A stretch of 64,000 nt of DNA from Rhodocyclaceae bacterium (GTDB taxonomy: Bacteria; Pseudomonadota; Gammaproteobacteria; Burkholderiales; Rhodocyclaceae), in NCBI GenBank assembly GCA_028869135.1, contig JAGWTC010000005.1, positions 11,175 to 75,174 of the forward strand. The letters are read 5' to 3'. The translations under genes and the position numbers were made by a program. Each line of letters opens with the position of its first letter. Within the stretch, counting starts at the first letter, position 1. The notes under the pieces were generated by a model. It was not told where the DNA came from and did not search any database. It saw only the letters and a program-made list of their open reading frames with translations. Shown piece after piece: positions 62,542-64,000 of this stretch.

Positions 62542-63696
62542 CTATGGCACCCGGCGTATCGTCACGCTGGCCACGGGAGGATCGGCCTGTGGAAATTGTG
62601 CATGGAGCTCGGGCAGCAATATTTCCGGCGCCGGGACGATCAGGTCGGGCGGCAGATCCAGAACGATTTCCAGCCCGCTGTCCAGGTAGTGCAGCGTCAT
62701 GCGGGTATCGTCGAGATCGGCAAGGCCGCTCTGCTGCAAGGCGGCCAGCAAGGCGAGGCGGCCGGGCTGCTGACGGGCGTCGCGTGTCCCGTCCGGTTCG
62801 ACATCGATATGCACCATGACGTCGAGCACGTCGATATGCTCGGCCAGCACGCGATCGTGGACGGTTTCCGCAATCCGATGCCCTTCGGAGACGCTGATGC
62901 GCGGCGATACCTGCACGCGCGCATCGACCAGTACCTTGTGCGCCATGCGTCGGCTGCGCAGGGAGTGGCAGGCCAGAATGCCGGGCGTGGCGAGTACGGT
63001 CGCCATGACCGCATCGCGTTCGGCGCTCGGGATACCGGTATCGACGAGTTCGGCCAGCGCCTCCCAACTGAAGCGCCAGCCCATGCGCATGACCATCAGG
63101 CCGACCACGATAGCGGCGATCGGATCGAGGAAGCGCCAGCCAAGCAGGCTGCCGCCAATGCCGGCCGCCACCACCAGCGAGGAGGCGGCGTCGGCGCGCG
63201 CATGCCATGCATTGGCAATCAGCATGGGCGAGCGCAGACGTTCGCCGACACGCAGCATGTAGCGAAACAGCAGCTCCTTGCCGGCAATGGTGGCAAACGC
63301 TGTCCATAAGGCGATGCTGGCCACGGGCGGCAAATCATCCAGATGTTGAAGACGGCCGATGGCCGCGTAAAGAATGCCGGCGCCGGTGAGCAGCAGCACG
63401 ACGCCAAGCGCGAGCGAAGCCAGGGTTTCGATGCGTTCGTGACCGTAAGGATGGTCTTCATCGGCGGGGCTGCCGCTATGCTTGTTGGCGGCCAGCACCA
63501 TGAAATCCGCCAGCACGTCGGCAAGCGAGTGAAAGCCGTCGGCAACCAGACTCTGGGCGTGCGCCAATATGCCGACCACGATCTGCAGCGTGGTCAGCAG
63601 CAGATTGACGGCGATGCTGACCCAGGTCACATGACTGGCGGCACGCGAGCGTTCGGCGGCGGTGGTTGATGACATGTTTTGCATCCGGTCGGACAT
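62542..63696 (-). CDS. Cation diffusion facilitator family transporter
   Basis: 384 aa. SLVADGFHSLADV and HPYGHER motifs. 6 TM helices plus a C-terminal cytoplasmic domain. Confidence 0.88.
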   Translation of the reverse strand: MSDRMQNMSSTTAAERSRAASHVTWVSIAVNLLLTTLQIVVGILAHAQSLVADGFHSLADVLADFMVLAANKHSGSPADEDHPYGHERIETLASLALGVVLLLTGAGILYAAIGRLQHLDDLPPVASIALWTAFATIAGKELLFRYMLRVGERLRSPMLIANAWHARADAASSLVVAAGIGGSLLGWRFLDPIAAIVVGLMVMRMGWRFSWEALAELVDTGIPSAERDAVMATVLATPGILACHSLRSRRMAHKVLVDARVQVSPRISVSEGHRIAETVHDRVLAEHIDVLDVMVHIDVEPDGTRDARQQPGRLALLAALQQSGLADLDDTRMTLHYLDSGLEIVLDLPPDLIVPAPEILLPELHAQFPQADPPVASVTIRRVP

Positions 63697-63821
63697 TTTT
63701 CAAGAGAGTGCGGGAACCTGGCCCGTCAGGTCGGAACCAAGCAGCAAGCCGGACGATGTATTTATACTTCTGCCTGACCGGACAGGCCGTATTCTAGGCC
63801 ACGATTATGTGAGGAATGTTC

Positions 63822-64000
63822 ATGGGACGCATGACCGAATTATTGAAGACGGCGCAGGCGCGCGCCAGAGAGCTGCATCTGCCGTATGCCGGCGCGCTGA
63901 CGCCGGCGGAGGCGTGGGAGGTGCTGCAGCAGTCGCCGGGCGCCCGGCTTGTGGATGTGCGCACCCGGGCCGAATGGGACTGGGTCGGCCGCGTGCCGAA
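63822..64000 (+). CDS. Rhodanese-domain protein (5' part, runs off window)
   Basis: Own translation: MGRMTELLKTAQARARELHLPYAGALTPAEAWEVLQQSPGARLVDVRTRAEWDWVGRVP. RBS GAGGAA. LVDVRT..E is a rhodanese hallmark. Confidence 0.7.
   Translation, partial: MGRMTELLKTAQARARELHLPYAGALTPAEAWEVLQQSPGARLVDVRTRAEWDWVGRVP

Overview
High-GC (about 64% by eye) chromosomal segment. Gene content and synteny look betaproteobacterial, possibly Rhodocyclales-like, but that is inference only. Most of the window is ordinary core genome. It includes metX-metW, photolyase, polA, a tRNA-Met, ubiH-family/dsbC, etfBA plus ETF-QO plus fpr, amt, mltA, coaE-zapD-yacG, birA-coaX and glnA-DUF4124-ntrB-ntrC. I saw no transposase, integrase, prophage, CRISPR array or rRNA.

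Many long ORFs in the supplied track are antisense or out-of-frame artefacts of high GC. I trimmed starts to the first plausible start codon or RBS, and checked them against the nucleotide numbering. One real gene is missing from the track because it runs off the left edge: a secreted alpha-carbonic-anhydrase fusion at 1..1088 on the minus strand.

The main things worth a second look:
1. An orphan two-gene module at 46290..48401. It encodes a classical AAA+ ATPase with a roughly 320-aa N-terminal region I cannot place, plus a small all-helical partner. This is the best candidate for an undescribed system.
2. A 36-nt palindromic operator found twice. One copy lies upstream of a GGT/amidohydrolase/deaminase operon and the other upstream of the convergent OprD-type porin. 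A photolyase-PAS kinase-NarL regulator operon sits immediately upstream.
3. A Fur-box-controlled PepSY/DUF3649/DUF3325/DUF4198 cluster with an untracked 50-codon leader ORF joined to the next gene by a GTGA overlap.
4. A class III nucleotide cyclase fused to an FHA domain.
5. A degenerate-J-domain/(PAAP)n/DUF898 protein paired with an M48 peptidase.
6. A PIN toxin-like gene translationally coupled to an MBL hydrolase, with no visible antitoxin.
7. A terminator-like hairpin that abuts the metX start codon.

All family assignments come from motif recognition by eye and memory. No database search was run.
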